A stretch of DNA of 64,000 bases from Octopus sinensis (Eukaryota): contig NC_043003.1 in the NCBI RefSeq assembly GCF_006345805.1, positions 1,178,001 through 1,242,000 of the forward strand, given 5' to 3'. Below the pieces are notes generated by a model. That model was not told the origin of the DNA. It ran no database searches and worked only from the letters and a program-made list of their open reading frames with translations. This document shows positions 49,220 to 62,469 of this stretch, piece by piece. Every line of letters starts with the position of its first letter. The first letter of the stretch is position 1. Made by a program: the position numbers and the translations under genes.

Positions 49220-49722
49220 AACATGCGAACATGTACGTACACATATATACATATATTTATATATGCATAGTCTGCTCCAAAACAATATTGCAACGAGAGG
49301 TTTAAGCATATTTCACATACAGGTACACACGACCCACCACCAGGTGGCATGATTGTACAGTTACGAAGGTCGCTTTGCCACCGTTTGATCGTGAGTTCAA
49401 TCCCCGTCCGTGGAACCGTCGCTTATACGCATGTGTGTACACCTTTGTGTTTGGGTTTGTCCGCCACCATCGCTTAACACTCAGTGTTGGTTTGAATGCA
49501 TCTCCATAACTTAGCGATTCGGTCAGAAGAGACCGACAGAATAAATACCTGATTTAAAAATTAAGCGCAGCTATTTGAGGGCAGTGCTCAAGCATGGCCG
49601 CAGTCGAATGACAAGAACAAGTAGAAGACAGTCACACACGCATGCACACATATACACGCCCACACACATAAACTACAAGGTTTATAATTTTAAATGTTTT
49701 GCCCGCATTTTATATGCACAAG

Positions 49723-49940
49723 AAGGCGGCGAACTGGCAGTGTGGTTAGCACGCCGGGCGAAATGCGTAGCCGTATTTCGTCTGCCGTTACGTTCTGAGT
49801 TCAAATTCCGCCGAGGTCGACTTTGCCTTTCAACCTTTCGGGGTCGATAAATTAAGTACCAGTTACGTACTGGGGTCGATCTAATCTACTGGCCCCGCCT
49901 CCCCCAAAAGTTAGGACCTTGTGCCTAGAGTAGAAAAGAT
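49723..49940 (+). mobile_element. SINE family B
   Basis: Full head, central domain and tail CCTTGTGCCTAGAGTAGAAAAG. Confidence 0.85.
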
Positions 49941-50650
49941 TGTATATGCAAAAGAGTATTTACCATGGCGAATTTACTCGCTCGTGTACGTTATTCTAAT
50001 TGCTGCTGATATTATTTTGTTAACACATTTAAACTTATTGGCATTTTTAAAATTATTTTGTACGTGTTAGTTTTGTAGTTGATTTTACTGGTCGATGATG
50101 ATACATAGAATCAAAATGTAGAATCTAGAAAGTCCAGTGGCAGAAAATGTAGAAATAACAGCTAAGTGGTGGTTTTCAGTCCCGTGGCATAGAGAAATAG
50201 ACGGACATAGCAATGACGTGAATAGCTCTAAGTCTAATCGACTAAGAATCGAAAAGCTGGGTTGTTAGCAAGCTGTTTTTATTAATGGAACGCTAGACAT
50301 TCTAGAAACTTCCAAGAGAAACACTAAGGTTCTTGAATAATTAAGAATCACGTCTCATGACACAGATGCTTCAAGAAACTTAGAAAGGGAAGTTACTCTA
50401 TAATCTTTATTGCAAGGGAGATCATTCAACTATTTAGCTACCGCTATGCTTTCATTTGTTTTGTGTTATTATATTTGCTATTCGATAGAGGGTTGTGTCC
50501 ACAATTCATAATAACACAACTTATGGTGTAAACAATCCACTTTCATTTCTAATTAGATCCGGGTCATTTTAGAACAACTAATGAAAACCAACACCTAGCG
50601 GGTAGCATTAAATCTAGCTAAATGGAATAATCTCACGTATTTAAGCTTAT

Positions 50651-50968
50651 TTCTAAAAGATAACGTGTATTGAATGGCACAACAGAGTGGACTATAAGAA
50701 CTGTTGTAATTTAATTAATCATAAACTGATATAATAATAATATTTCGGATTACAAAAATTCCTTCTTCAGATATTGCTAGGAATTTTGTAATCGTTGGAA
50801 AACCGATTGTAGCAGTGACTCGCTCAATTCCTAGCAATATCTGAAGAAGGAATTTTTTGTATTCCGAAATATTATTATCATATCAGACTATAGATAATTA
50901 AATTATAACAGTTATTTACAGTCCACTCTGCATTGTTGTGCCATTCAAGACACTTTATCATTTAGAAA
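50651..50968. mobile_element. Fold-back element (~135-bp arms) with an outward-reading HHR on each arm
   Basis: 50651-50785 is the reverse complement of 50826-50968. Confidence 0.8.
50837..50883 (+). ncRNA. Type I hammerhead motif with intact core (mirror copy at 50728-50774, -)
   Basis: ATAT-CTGAAGA-A-GGAAT-TTTTTGT-ATTCC-GAAA-TA-TTAT-TA-TC-ATAT, triplet AUC. Confidence 0.7.
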
Positions 50969-51399
50969 CAATATACAATGCTTCAAGCGAACTACAATAC
51001 TCTATTATCTTATTTCTCTTGCAACTATGCATATTTTTAATTAAAAGACATTATTAGACTCCCTGAGCTGGCACACCGGACAAAATGCTTAGCTTCAATA
51101 CATTGAGTTTGGTTGCAACAAAACCGTTAGGCTTGTGACAAGCATTGCTACGTTTCTGAAATGCTATTGCGCAATAATAAATCGTAATAAATCGTAATCA
51201 ATTATTTGGTTTTACATAACAATAATATTAACGCTATTAATAAATTAATGCATCGCTGGAGAAAATGTCTAGAATTGATGAAAATAAAAATAAAACATGA
51301 TCAGTCATCATTATGATAAATGAATCAAAGTTTAGAAATAAAATAGGATGGAAGATTCTCAAAGTTATTTCATTTACAAAGTTTGCTTTCTCATCTCAG

Positions 51400-52000
51400 C
51401 TCATATTCTTCGCCGCCCACTTATTCCTGGCAGAGTCATGGGGGTGGGGGAGTGTCCTCGAGCATCCCTTCCATCAGGTCCTGTCAGAAGCAACCATCTC
51501 CAGTTGATCTGTCTTGATCCCCAAGCTAGACCAATCGCGTTCATGCATGTTACCCAACCATCTCGTTCGCCGTCTACCCCTGAGTTACCTCCCAGTTGCT
51601 TTTTGTCTGTAAAACCTGTCCAGCGATTCTTTCCTGAGACATTCTTACCACATGTTCATAGTATAGGAATTGTGATCTCTCAATTCGGATAAGTTGCGGC
51701 CCTACCTGGAGTGCATCTCTGATCTCCGAGTTACCACTCGATCGAGTAACGTTACTCCAAAACCCCTTCAAAGGAACCCCATCTCGGCTGCTTGATTCGC
51801 GATCGTATTCTTGCAGCCAAGACTCATGAACATTGGTAAGTGTGGACACAAACACCGAATTGAAGTTAAGTTTGGCTTTTACACCTCTCCACCTTCTTCT
51901 GATGACCGAATACTGCAGCTGGGGCATTACTGCACCAGTTCCTGCAATTTTTGCACTTAATTCAGCCTCCTACCTTTCATCACTCTTGAAAACGGCCCCG
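51400..52000 (-). pseudogene. RTE-clade LINE 3' end, degraded
   Basis: IERSQFLYYEHVVRMSQERIAGQVL..GRRRTRW..DR..W resembles the RTE ORF C-terminus (QLRW.GHV.RM..R..GRPR.RW). Confidence 0.75.
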
Positions 52001-52497
52001 AAAGGGTTTCATAAAGCCTACGCGTAATAAATATTTTGCTCTTTCTGTACTCTTTAAGGAAACTTTACAAGTTATAGTAGCTATGCCAGGTTACTTTAAT
52101 AAAAATAAGGGAATAAGCTAAGGAATCCTAAATATTCGTGAGAAACACCAATTTTCTTCAGACACTGATTCAGAACAACGGTATGAGAATAATTCTTCGT
52201 ATCAAAATAGCATTTTTTAAAATCGATATTTGATTTTAGTGTCATAGTAATTCAGTTAAAAGATGTTTCCGTTGAGTAATTTGAAGGATAATTCTAGTTA
52301 TAAATCATAATTTATTTAGCTAAACAGCTTAACACTGTCGCACCGTATTCCCGGTGTATTCCGGGAATCATTTAGACGAAAACTCTACTGGACATCCGGT
52401 AAAGCGGCAATGAACAATACACACAGAAAAAGAAGATAAAATACTAAAACTAGACAACTAATCACATTGCAGCTTCGAAGTTAATTTACCCCTCGTT

Positions 52498-52570
52498 GTT
52501 AATGGTCTGTTAGTTTTAATGGTCTGTTAGATTTTATGGTCTGTTAATTTTAATGGTCTGTTAGTTTTAA
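52498..52570. repeat. ~17-bp minisatellite, 4 copies (TTAATGGTCTGTTAGTT)
   Basis: Direct reading. Confidence 0.9.
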
Positions 52571-52701
52571 TCGATAAAAAAAATTTAAATAACACCGACT
52601 TTGCGATGAAATGAGCATGTAATGAACCCAGCGGTTGTCTTGCAAAAGAGCAAGGCCCAGACATTTTGTAGTTGAGGAAAATATTGATGACGTTCCTTGG
52701 A

Positions 52702-53115
52702 AGGGCGGCGAGCTGGCAGAAACGTTAACACACCGGGCGAAATGCTTAGCGGTATTTCGTCTGCCGCTACGTTCTGAGTTCAAATTCCGCCGAGGTCGAC
52801 TTTGCCATTCATCCTTTCGGGGTCGATCAAATAAGTACCAGTTACGCACTGGGGTCGATATAATCGACTTAATCCCTTTGTCTGTCTTTGTTTATCCTCT
52901 CTGTGTGTAGCCCCTTGTGGGTAGTAAAGAAGTAGGTATTTCGTCTGCCGCTACGTTCTGAGTTCAAATTCCGCCGAGGTCGACTTTGCCATTCATCCTT
53001 TCGGGGTCGATCAAATAAGTACCAGTTACTCACTGGGGTCGATATAATCGACTTAATCCCTTTGTCTGTCCTTGTTTTTCTCCTCTATGTTTAGCCCTCA
53101 TGTGGGCAATAAAGA
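52702..53115 (+). mobile_element. SINE family B with a tandem head-less second unit
   Basis: 52751-52934 is repeated at 52935-53118. Confidence 0.85.
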
Positions 53116-53794
53116 AATAGATATTTATTCTTTGGATGAAGAGTTCACCCTTACGCCGACAATAAGAGTTATTCAGACATTCAAACTGTTGAAAGTGAAG
53201 AGGAAAGTAATGAGACGAATGAACGAATACGGTTGTTGAGCGATCAGCCAATTATTGATATTCTCACGGATTTTTTTTTTTTTTGTGAATCTGTCCACAA
53301 TCGATAATCTTGAACGGTATATGCAACTATTTATCTGTTTACTAAGGAGCCAAGGTGGAAGGTAAAGTTAGACACCGGTGCCCGAGTGTGAGAGGATTAA
53401 TTTTCATTTGGCAACAGTAATCTCATTATCAGCCAGTACCAGTCGCTCTGACAAGAAACCTCAAACAACAGAAACCAATGAAGTGATTGCAGTTTATTTG
53501 CTCACACAGCAATTATCATAAATGGAAAGAAACAACAATTGTCACGCTCTGGCCGAGGTCATCAGGTCCACCTTTTTTGTAGCCACCGCCAGAATCTACA
53601 ACCGTACAAAGAAACAGAGAGCTTCTATGTGGTCATCCGTTCTGCGAAAATAGCTGAATCGTCATCAAATTTCACCCTATTGTTTTTAAAAGAGAAGGGC
53701 ACATGAGATAAGATAGTCCCCAATATGCAAAATGCCAGGATAGGCTTTTATATGTAAGATATACATGAGTCGTGCACAAATTTTTTTAAAATAG

Positions 53795-54180
53795 ATGTGG
53801 CTGTGTGGTAAGAAGTTTACTTCCTAACCACACGGTTCCTGGTTCAGTCCCACTGTGTGGCACCTTGCGCAACTGTCTTCTATTATAGCTTTATGAGTGG
53901 ATTTGGTGAAGCCTTGTGAGTTGAATTGGTAGGCAGAAACTGAAAGAAGCCCATCATATGTGTGTTTTTGTGTCTTTGTTTATCCCTCACCACCGCTTGA
54001 CAACCACTGTTGGTGTGTTTACGTCCTCGTAACTTAGCGGCTTGGCAATACAACCGACGATAGAATAAACACCAGGCTTGAGAAAAAAAAAAGAAATCCT
54101 GGGGTTGATTTCCTCGACTAAAAATTCTTCAAGGTGGTGCCCCAGCATGGCCGCAGCCTAATGACTGAAATCAGTAAAAA
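53795..54180 (+). mobile_element. SINE family A
   Basis: Head through tail present. Confidence 0.8.
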
Positions 54181-54333
54181 CAAACAAAAAACAGAAGACC
54201 ATTCCAAAATGAAGTTACTGATCCTTTAGTATACAAGAGTGGGGAAGAACTTTCGAACTAGATTAACTGAATATTTTGTTTCGTTTTTGGATTTGGTTTG
54301 CAAGATTCTTTATTTGAGTTCGTGTGTTGAAGC

Positions 54334-54622
54334 ATATTCTCTTGTGTCTGGGGAGAGTCATTTTCTTTTTGTGCCTTATAATTTAACACACTCACCGGTA
54401 AAATTCCCACTTATTTTTTATTTTTATTTTCCTAAAATTTTCGCTGCGCCTTGCAACCTTTTCAACAGTTTTGACTCTCTTTCAAGACCATTGAAAAGGT
54501 TGCAAGGCGCAATGAAAATTTTAGGAAAATAAAAATAAGAAATAAGTGGGAATTTTACCGGTGAGTGTGTTAAATTATAAGGCACAAAAAGAAAATTACT
54601 CTCCCCAGACACAAGAGAATAT
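54334..54622. repeat. Near-perfect palindrome, ~140-bp arms, spacer under 10 bp
   Basis: ATATTCTCTTGTGTCTGGGGAGAGT..CCTTGCAACCTTTTCAA / TTGAAAAGGTTGCAAGG..ACTCTCCCCAGACACAAGAGAATAT. Confidence 0.95.
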
Positions 54623-55111
54623 TTTGTACTTAACTTTTACAACCGAAGCTACAAGTACACCGCGGAGTTTCAAATAAAAAGTGCTGAGAAAATGAACCAA
54701 AACCGTTACAACTCTCACCAAAAGTTCAACGAGAACAGGTGATTGCCGTTCGAGATTGCCATTGGATGCATAAATTTCACAGCAGTAGCATAATATTTAA
54801 TTCACGCAAGATTTTCCAGTACAAACTCGATACTTAATACATCAATTATAAATTATTATCAACTTGTCAAAGGAATCCTACTTTCTTTTTTCTGTCGTGA
54901 CAGAACTTAAAATATCGAAAATGTGTTGTGTGTGTGTGTGTGTGTGTGGTGTGTGTGTGTGTGTGTGTGTGGTGTGTGTATCTATGCGTGTGTGATGGTG
55001 CGAGGCCAAGTGATTGTGGTGTTCAGTTCACAGTCATAAGGCCGTGAGATTGATTTCCAGCAGCGGATTGTGCCCTTGAGCAAGACACTTTATTTCATTG
55101 TGCCCCAATGA

Positions 55112-55144
<33 letters not shown>

Positions 55145-55206
55145 GTGCACATATATATATGTGTATATATATATGTATGTATATATGTATATATATATAT
55201 ATATAT

Positions 55207-55295
<89 letters not shown>

Positions 55296-55308
55296 CATAT
55301 ATACATAC

Positions 55309-55340
<32 letters not shown>

Positions 55341-55350
55341 GTGCACATAT

Positions 55351-55404
<54 letters not shown>

Positions 55405-55450
55405 GTACTCGTACATACATATACACACACACACATATAATGTCTTTGTA

Positions 55451-55577
55451 AATTAAAGCTATCATTGGTTTCATGTTGAGAAGAGTAGGAGAAGATCCAA
55501 GTATCTTAACAAATTTTCAAGCCGATACTTGAATATTCTCACATTCTTTTAACATGAAACCAATGGTAGCCTTAATT
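55451..55577. repeat. Imperfect inverted repeat, ~55-bp arms
   Basis: AATTAA.GCTA.CATTGGTTTCATGTT..CAAGTATC / GATACTTG..AACATGAAACCAATG.TAGC.TTAATT. Confidence 0.8.
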
Positions 55578-55757
55578 CCCAAATAAAGAAATTATTCATC
55601 CACCAATGCAGTGTTGTGCACTCATTCCAACGTTCTACATTTACGTATATATATAATGCAATAATAATAACGATAGAGAATATGGAGACAGGTATATCCT
55701 CAGAATTTATCTCCTGCTATTTTACAACGTCACACAGCATACTTTTATGGTTACGAC

Positions 55758-55843
55758 AACCTACACGTGTTTCACCTGCACTGAGTATGAGCAATCCCAT
55801 ATGCAGCCTGGCATACTTTTCTGTGCCCCTTCATTCAGGATTT
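55758..55843 (-). ncRNA. Degenerate hammerhead-like motif in a PLE-like fragment
   Basis: AATC-CTGAATGA..GCAC..GTGC..GAAAC-ACGT-GTA-GGTT. The base of stem II is not paired. Confidence 0.4.
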
Positions 55844-56181
55844 TTCAACCAGCTTGGCTCGAAGCGAACTGAATTCAGATAGTTGTTTTATTGGTTAGGA
55901 TTTAGTGGGGAAGTGAGGGGAATGTGTTGTGAATCTGAAATCTGATCTGTTTGTAAACTTGTGTGTATAGGAAGTTAGTGAGATTCAGGCAATTAGATGG
56001 CTCGTGTAGGGAACAAAAAGGGAACGATATACGATAAAGGACATTTATTAACGTTGTCAGTTACACAATTCCTCCTACATCGAAGTTAAATGGAATTTCG
56101 ATAAGTTCCATACAGCTCAAAGCTGCAAACAATGCGAATAAAAATTCAAAACATTTTTGGAACATAGGTATGTATGTATGA

Positions 56182-56365
56182 TCAGATTGGAGCAATCTCA
56201 AGGATAATCAGCCGAAATTGCGGGGATAATCTGGTGCTTGACTGAGGAAAGAAAACTTCGAATGACCCGTCCTTGTTTCCTTGTATCGTCTATCTGGATG
56301 TTTTGTTGTCCCTTTTTGTATCACCTAGCTGGCCGGATGTTTTGCGTTCTTGTCCCATTTTGTAT
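56182..56365 (+). mobile_element. Third copy of the 27830-28235 module
   Basis: GGAGCAATCTCAAG..AATCAGCCGAAATTGC..ATCTGGT.CTTGACTGAGGA. Confidence 0.75.
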
Positions 56366-56371
56366 TATATA

Positions 56372-57200
56372 TACTAGCTTAAGGTGCCCCGCTCTACGCG
56401 CGGGTAAGAGTGTGGTTGTTGCTTTCTATTGCTTCCTTTCTGTTTTTTATCACCACATTCTCCCTCTTTGTTTCTCTCTCCTTTCTCTCTCACTTTCCCA
56501 CTCTTTTGCTCCTCCTTTCTCTCCGACTCTCCTTCGCTTTCTCTTACTCCCTATCTTTCTCTATCTATCTCTCTCCCATTTATAAACAACAAAAGATCTT
56601 GAGTAAGTTGAGAAAGAAATATTTTGAAAGATTAATCATAAATATCAGGCAGTGACAACGGAAAGGTCTGCTTCATGGCAGACAGAAAAACACTAACATT
56701 TAAAAGGGACAGACGAACTTGCGAGCTGAAAAAAAAAATTGGAAACCAAAGTTTGAAGGGATAGAATCTGAGGATAGTAGAGTCACCATGGCTGGCATTT
56801 CTTAACGACGGACAGCGACGTAGTGGCAGTTTAATGGCCGGCGTAAAATTGTTTAGCTTGATGTAACAGAGAATTCCTAAACACCCACTCCTGTAAATTT
56901 TAATCCCCTTCAAGCCCCATTTAGACCTCTTTTCACATTTTGGTTAATATAACCCGATTTCATTCGGGTCTACTCGGGTCACATTTTATAAGATGAGGAA
57001 TTTTGTCCTAGAGGTCACGCCTTTCATTTCAGGAAAAAAATAGTTGCCATGCAAACTCGCCAGCACTTTTAACATAGGTGTGCATATTTTCAGCTCAACC
57101 GACCACATAATGCACACATTATATATATATATATATATATATACGCATTAAATATATATATGTACACATATACGCATTATATATACAAATGTATACAAAT

Positions 57201-57231
<31 letters not shown>

Positions 57232-57828
57232 AATACAGATATATACACTGTGTATATACATTATATATACATTTATTTTATAAGAAACCACATATATATA
57301 AATTAACCCAATAATTATCTGGTTCATGATATTTGTTCTCATGATTGTGTGATGATGGTGACGATAATAATTCTCTCTATGAATGCAGACAGACGTAGAG
57401 AAAGAGAGAGAGAGAGAAAGATGCGGAAGAAAGAGTGAAGGCGGCGAGGGAAAGATAGTAGACACTGTCAAATGACATTATAGAGAGAAAGTGAAAGGAA
57501 GGGAGGAAAGAGCGAGAGATAGAGGAAGACAGACACATAAAAGTATGAGAGGAAACTTGTCAAAGTGTGCGTTTTTCGCCCTAGTAACGACACCTTTTAA
57601 GATGGGGATTTCTAACCTAGCCAACTCCTATCCTCACCTCATTTTACACGTGCCTGTAAATTTTGGAGTCAATCCGACGGGATCTAGTTCCCTTTAACAC
57701 GTTCCTATGCCAAAACCAGACAAACATATTTTCAGCTCAACCGACCACATAATGCACACATTATATATATTATGCATTAAATATATAAAGTACAATATAC
57801 GCGTGATATATATATATATATTTATATC

Positions 57829-57866
<38 letters not shown>

Positions 57867-59558
57867 ATATATATAGATATTGTGTGTGTGTGGTGTTGGG
57901 TGTGGTGTGTTTACGCATTATATATACAAATGTATACAAATTATATATATATAGTGAAGATCTCATTCTAATAAATTCAGTTTCTGTTCATTTTGGCGCC
58001 ATTCTGGCACAAAAACATCCGTAAAACAATGGTCAACATCATCGAAATGGTCAACGTCATCGAAATATGATATTAGTCTGTGAGGAAAAACCAATGGCGA
58101 AACAACTCGGCTTGTTTTCTTTTACGCTCTGCCATTTGGGAAAACCAGGCATATGGTGCTATATGTTGGAGTATCGGTTCAGTCAGCTAGCAATATATGC
58201 GGTTGCTTCTGTTGAGGTCTAAAGAAGACTGTTGTGTTTTTAAAGTTGTAGAGATATTTGATCCACTTGTATATTCGCTCAGGAGAGGTAGAAGACGGAG
58301 GAAGAAAAGGTCATATATGAAAGAGAGAAAACTTGTCAAAGTGTGCGTTTTGGCCTGTAACCACACCTTTTAAGATAGGGATTTCTAACCTAGCCCACTC
58401 GTATCCTCGCCTCATTTTACGTGTCCCTGTAAATTTTGGAAGAAAGAGTAACAGAGAGACGGCGAAGCTGTCGAACGTAGTTATAGAAAGAATGTGAAGG
58501 GAAGGGGGAAAGAGAGAGATCGAGGAAGAAATGGTGATATATGAAAGAGAGGACTGAAAAATGAAATATTTTGAAACCTAAAGATGATTTGGTTTACAAT
58601 GAGAAAACGAATGAAATAGTTAAGAAGTAAATATTTAAAAACTGGAAAATATTTCAAATTTACCGACAAATTTTGTTTAACGACGGTCGCCTTGAGCATA
58701 CAAATAAATTCTTTTAAAATCTTTTTCCATGCAAAATAATAACATATCTTCTGATAAATAATATCTTTATAATTGTGCGGTGGTTGGTGGGAGATAATAA
58801 TTCACCTTTCTGAAAGACCTGTGGTGGGAATATTTAAAACTTTTGCGGCTGTCACGTTTCGTCTTATAGATACAAACAGAAATACATTGAGAGACGCGTT
58901 GGAGAGAAAAAGAGAGACGGTGGGGTGTCAAACGTCGTTTATAGAGAGAAATTGGAGGGAAGGGGAAAAAGAGAGAGATCGAGGATGAAAAGGTGATATA
59001 TGAAAGAGAGGACTGAAAAATGAAATATTTTGAAACCTAAAGATGATTTGTTTTAAGAGAAAGATTCTCATGGTGGTGGTGGTGGTTGTGGCGATGATAA
59101 TTCTCTCTATGAATGCAGACAGACGTAGAGAGAGAGAGAGTGACAGCGCCCGCGAAGCGGCGGAGGAAAGATAGTAGACACTATCAAACGACGTTATAGA
59201 GAGAAAGTGAAAGGAAGAGAGAATAGAGAGAGAGATGGAGGAAGACAGGCAGATAATAGAATGCGATGGCGGCGGGGGAAAGATAATAGACGCTGTGAAA
59301 CGACGTTATAGAGAGAAGGTGAAAGGAAGCGAGGAAAGAGAGAGAGAGATGGAGAAAGACAAACACATAAAAGAATGAGAGGAGACTTGTCAAAGTGTGC
59401 GTTTTTGGCCCTAGCAACGACACCTTTTAAGATGGGGGTTTACATGTCCCTGTAAATTTTGGAGTCAATCCGACGGGATCTAGTTGCCTTTGACTCGTTC
59501 TCAATGCCAAAACCAGACAAAGAAAATTTTTGCATTTCAGAATTATAATATAGAGATA
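56372..59558 (+). mobile_element. Composite Helentron/HINE-like element with internal duplicated blocks
   Basis: 5' TACTAGC..CCCGCTCTACGCGCGGG hairpin. Recurring blocks ACTTGTCAAAGTGTGCGTTTT..CACCTTTTAAGAT (57555, 58330, 59385) and GTAAATTTTGGAGTCAATCCGACGGGATCTAG. 3' end CAGAC..ATTATAATATAGAGAT. Confidence 0.6.
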
Positions 59559-59700
59559 ATATACATATGTAAGTGTATGTATGTGAACGAACGTACGTAC
59601 GTATGCATGTATATATGAATATATATGAATGAATGTATGCATGTATGTATGTGTGCATGTATGTATGTATGTATGTATGTATGTATGTATGTATGTATGT

Positions 59701-59760
<60 letters not shown>

Positions 59761-61206
59761 GTGTATATATGTACAATTTTATGTATATCTTTTTAATTCT
59801 CTATTTTAATGATTTAGAATTTTGGAAACTAGAGAGCCAGAATCATAAACAAAAAAATTTTACATTATAAGAAAATGTTGAAATCTCCAACAACTGCAAA
59901 AAAAGATAAAAAATATTTCGGTCGGATCGATAATGTTGGTTGAAGAAAGATATATATTGTTACATATAACAGCTCTGTGACATTCACAGCACATTTACAA
60001 GAGTTAGCAAATAAAAGAGAAATACTTCGAATACTCGCGAGTACCACATTTGTCCAAGAGATAGAAAAAAAGACTGGCGTAAAAATGATACAATCGATCC
60101 ATCATGGAATTTGCTCGGCCAAGTGTGACTTCAATCTCTCTAGAACAAATTAGAAAGATTACAAACCCACTCAAACCCCTCTCCACATACACACACTCAC
60201 TCACCTGCATATTCATACACAATGAGAGCAAGGAAATCCGAGGTAAGAAGACGGCTTCAGTGTAGTTGTTCGGCCAAGAAGAAATTACAGACAATTATTT
60301 CTCAAATACCACCTTACCGTCCCAAAAAGGGGTTAAATATACAGCATAAACTAATCCAGGAATAACCGATATAACAGAAAGAATGGACAAGCCATCATGG
60401 CAAGAATGCTGGTTAAACTATAAATTTGTGATTCAGAAATGTTTCACACAGCTCGTGCAAAACGCCATCAAAAAAAGATAGGTAAAAATTTATGCAAAGC
60501 TGGCTCTAAAATACTTAAAAGTAGGTAAACAGCTTACAAAATATTTATACAAGCACTAAAACCCTAACAGATGGCACGACCATCAAATACTCCAGAAATT
60601 ACACGATATTACAGAAAAGTAACAATGTCATCATCTACAAGAAGAAATAGCAACAATGCAGACAGCAAGTATTGTTATCTCCCTTCCTAGTGTTATATGT
60701 TAGCACAGAATACACTTGATACTAAACGCTTCAGGAAAAAAAACAACAACTTATAAAACTTGACTAATGAATCTAAAAAATAGTCTGCATTAGAACGCTA
60801 ACAGCATTAAAAACACCATTATAGAACTAAACATTTAATGATCTCTTGTGATATCCATAGCGCAATAATTCAGGTATTATGCTTACTAGTTGAGCAAAGA
60901 CCTCCGAGAATTCAAAATTATATTAAAAGGGACAGTTGTAGAACGGAAGTGGTTTGATTTTCGTAAACACATATCGTTGCTATTAAACTGTCGTATGTCC
61001 AAATGCGTTTTTTTTTCAATATTTATTTTTGCTTGCAATAGCCAGTTCTTTTGGTCAAACTACAATGTCTCCAGCTGTTTCAGATTCCAAGATATCAAAA
61101 ATTGTCAAGGTGTAGTGTAACAGTTTTACTATGGAATGGTGAAACTAGTTTTTCGTTTTCTAAAAACAGCGTTTTGGACTTACGACACTTTTGCAGAATA
61201 ACAACG

Positions 61207-61248
<42 letters not shown>

Positions 61249-61273
61249 TATAATATATATATATATAGAGAGG

Positions 61274-61306
<33 letters not shown>

Positions 61307-61486
61307 CTAGTGCGTTTAACTGACTCGATAGGATTTCAACTGAGTGTGTTGCGAGGCGAAAGGAATACTACCATGTATTCTATTCGATGCTCCGACGATT
61401 CTGCCTATTTACTGCCTAAGATTCTTAGGCGACTGTTGTGCGTTCAATACCCAGATGTCACAAATATGCTGTTCGATACATTAAAC

Positions 61487-61772
61487 CAGTGGTTTCCAAA
61501 CTTTTCAGGCGGCCGTCCCCTCAGAACTCAGACCACATTCCTTGCCCTCTTCCCCTTCACTCACCACCACAAACATAGACCAGTTTCTGAAACAGATTCA
61601 AAACAATTGTATTTCACTAATAAAACTTAGCATAATTAACCCATTATTTTGTTGTTTTTACATCCATCGCCCCCGTTTGGCCGCCCTATTATCGCCACAC
61701 TTTTCTTCAATGCTTCCTGGATTTTTCCACTGCTCCCAGGGGTGGGGAGTACCGCCGATTTGGGTACAACTG
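61487..61772. mobile_element. hAT-type MITE
   Basis: Ends CAGTGGTTTCCAAA / TTTGGGTACAACTG. Confidence 0.55.
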
Positions 61773-62469
61773 TACTAATCGAAAAGTTCTGTTTCTGCTG
61801 TCGTGTCCACTCACCACGTTCCTTAGCTTTGGCATTTCCTAATTAACATCCCTGGGTTGCAGCATTGGGATGTTCATTTTCCTCACCGAAAAGCAGCATC
61901 TCCTTCGGCCGGTGCATTTGACAAGCCTCATGCTTAGATCTATGAGTTGGAAATGTTTGCTGTTTTCAGATCAACCAGAAGCAGATCGATTCTCTAAATG
62001 TCTCCACAGCATAACATAGCTATCGTCGTTGCTAGTGATGTAGCATGAAATAAATCTATCAATTGTTTAGCCAATGCGATGTGGGCAGAAAAAAGAATTA
62101 GCCAGACCAGTTTCACTCCTTCACATTGGAATCTCACCATTTATTATCCTGAACTGCAGGTCATACTGGAGCACCGCCTTAATTAATTCTATACCAGTTT
62201 TGTTGTCGCATTATGGCTGGGAGTTGGTCGATGACTGAGTTTGTAACAGCTGAGTGAATCCTTCCATGATCGTCACGTCCGGTAAAGTCGTTAGTTTATC
62301 CAATGTTTTTTTTTTAATGCTTCAGTAGAGTTTTCTTTTAAATGTCTTATTTCTTTAGCTAAGCACTGTTTAAAACAGGTGAGGACCTCCAGATATCAGA
62401 CTGGTACAAGAGGCTGTGGTTGCTCGTCCTAATACTTCGTCTACTTTTTCGTTATTACGTCCTATCAAC

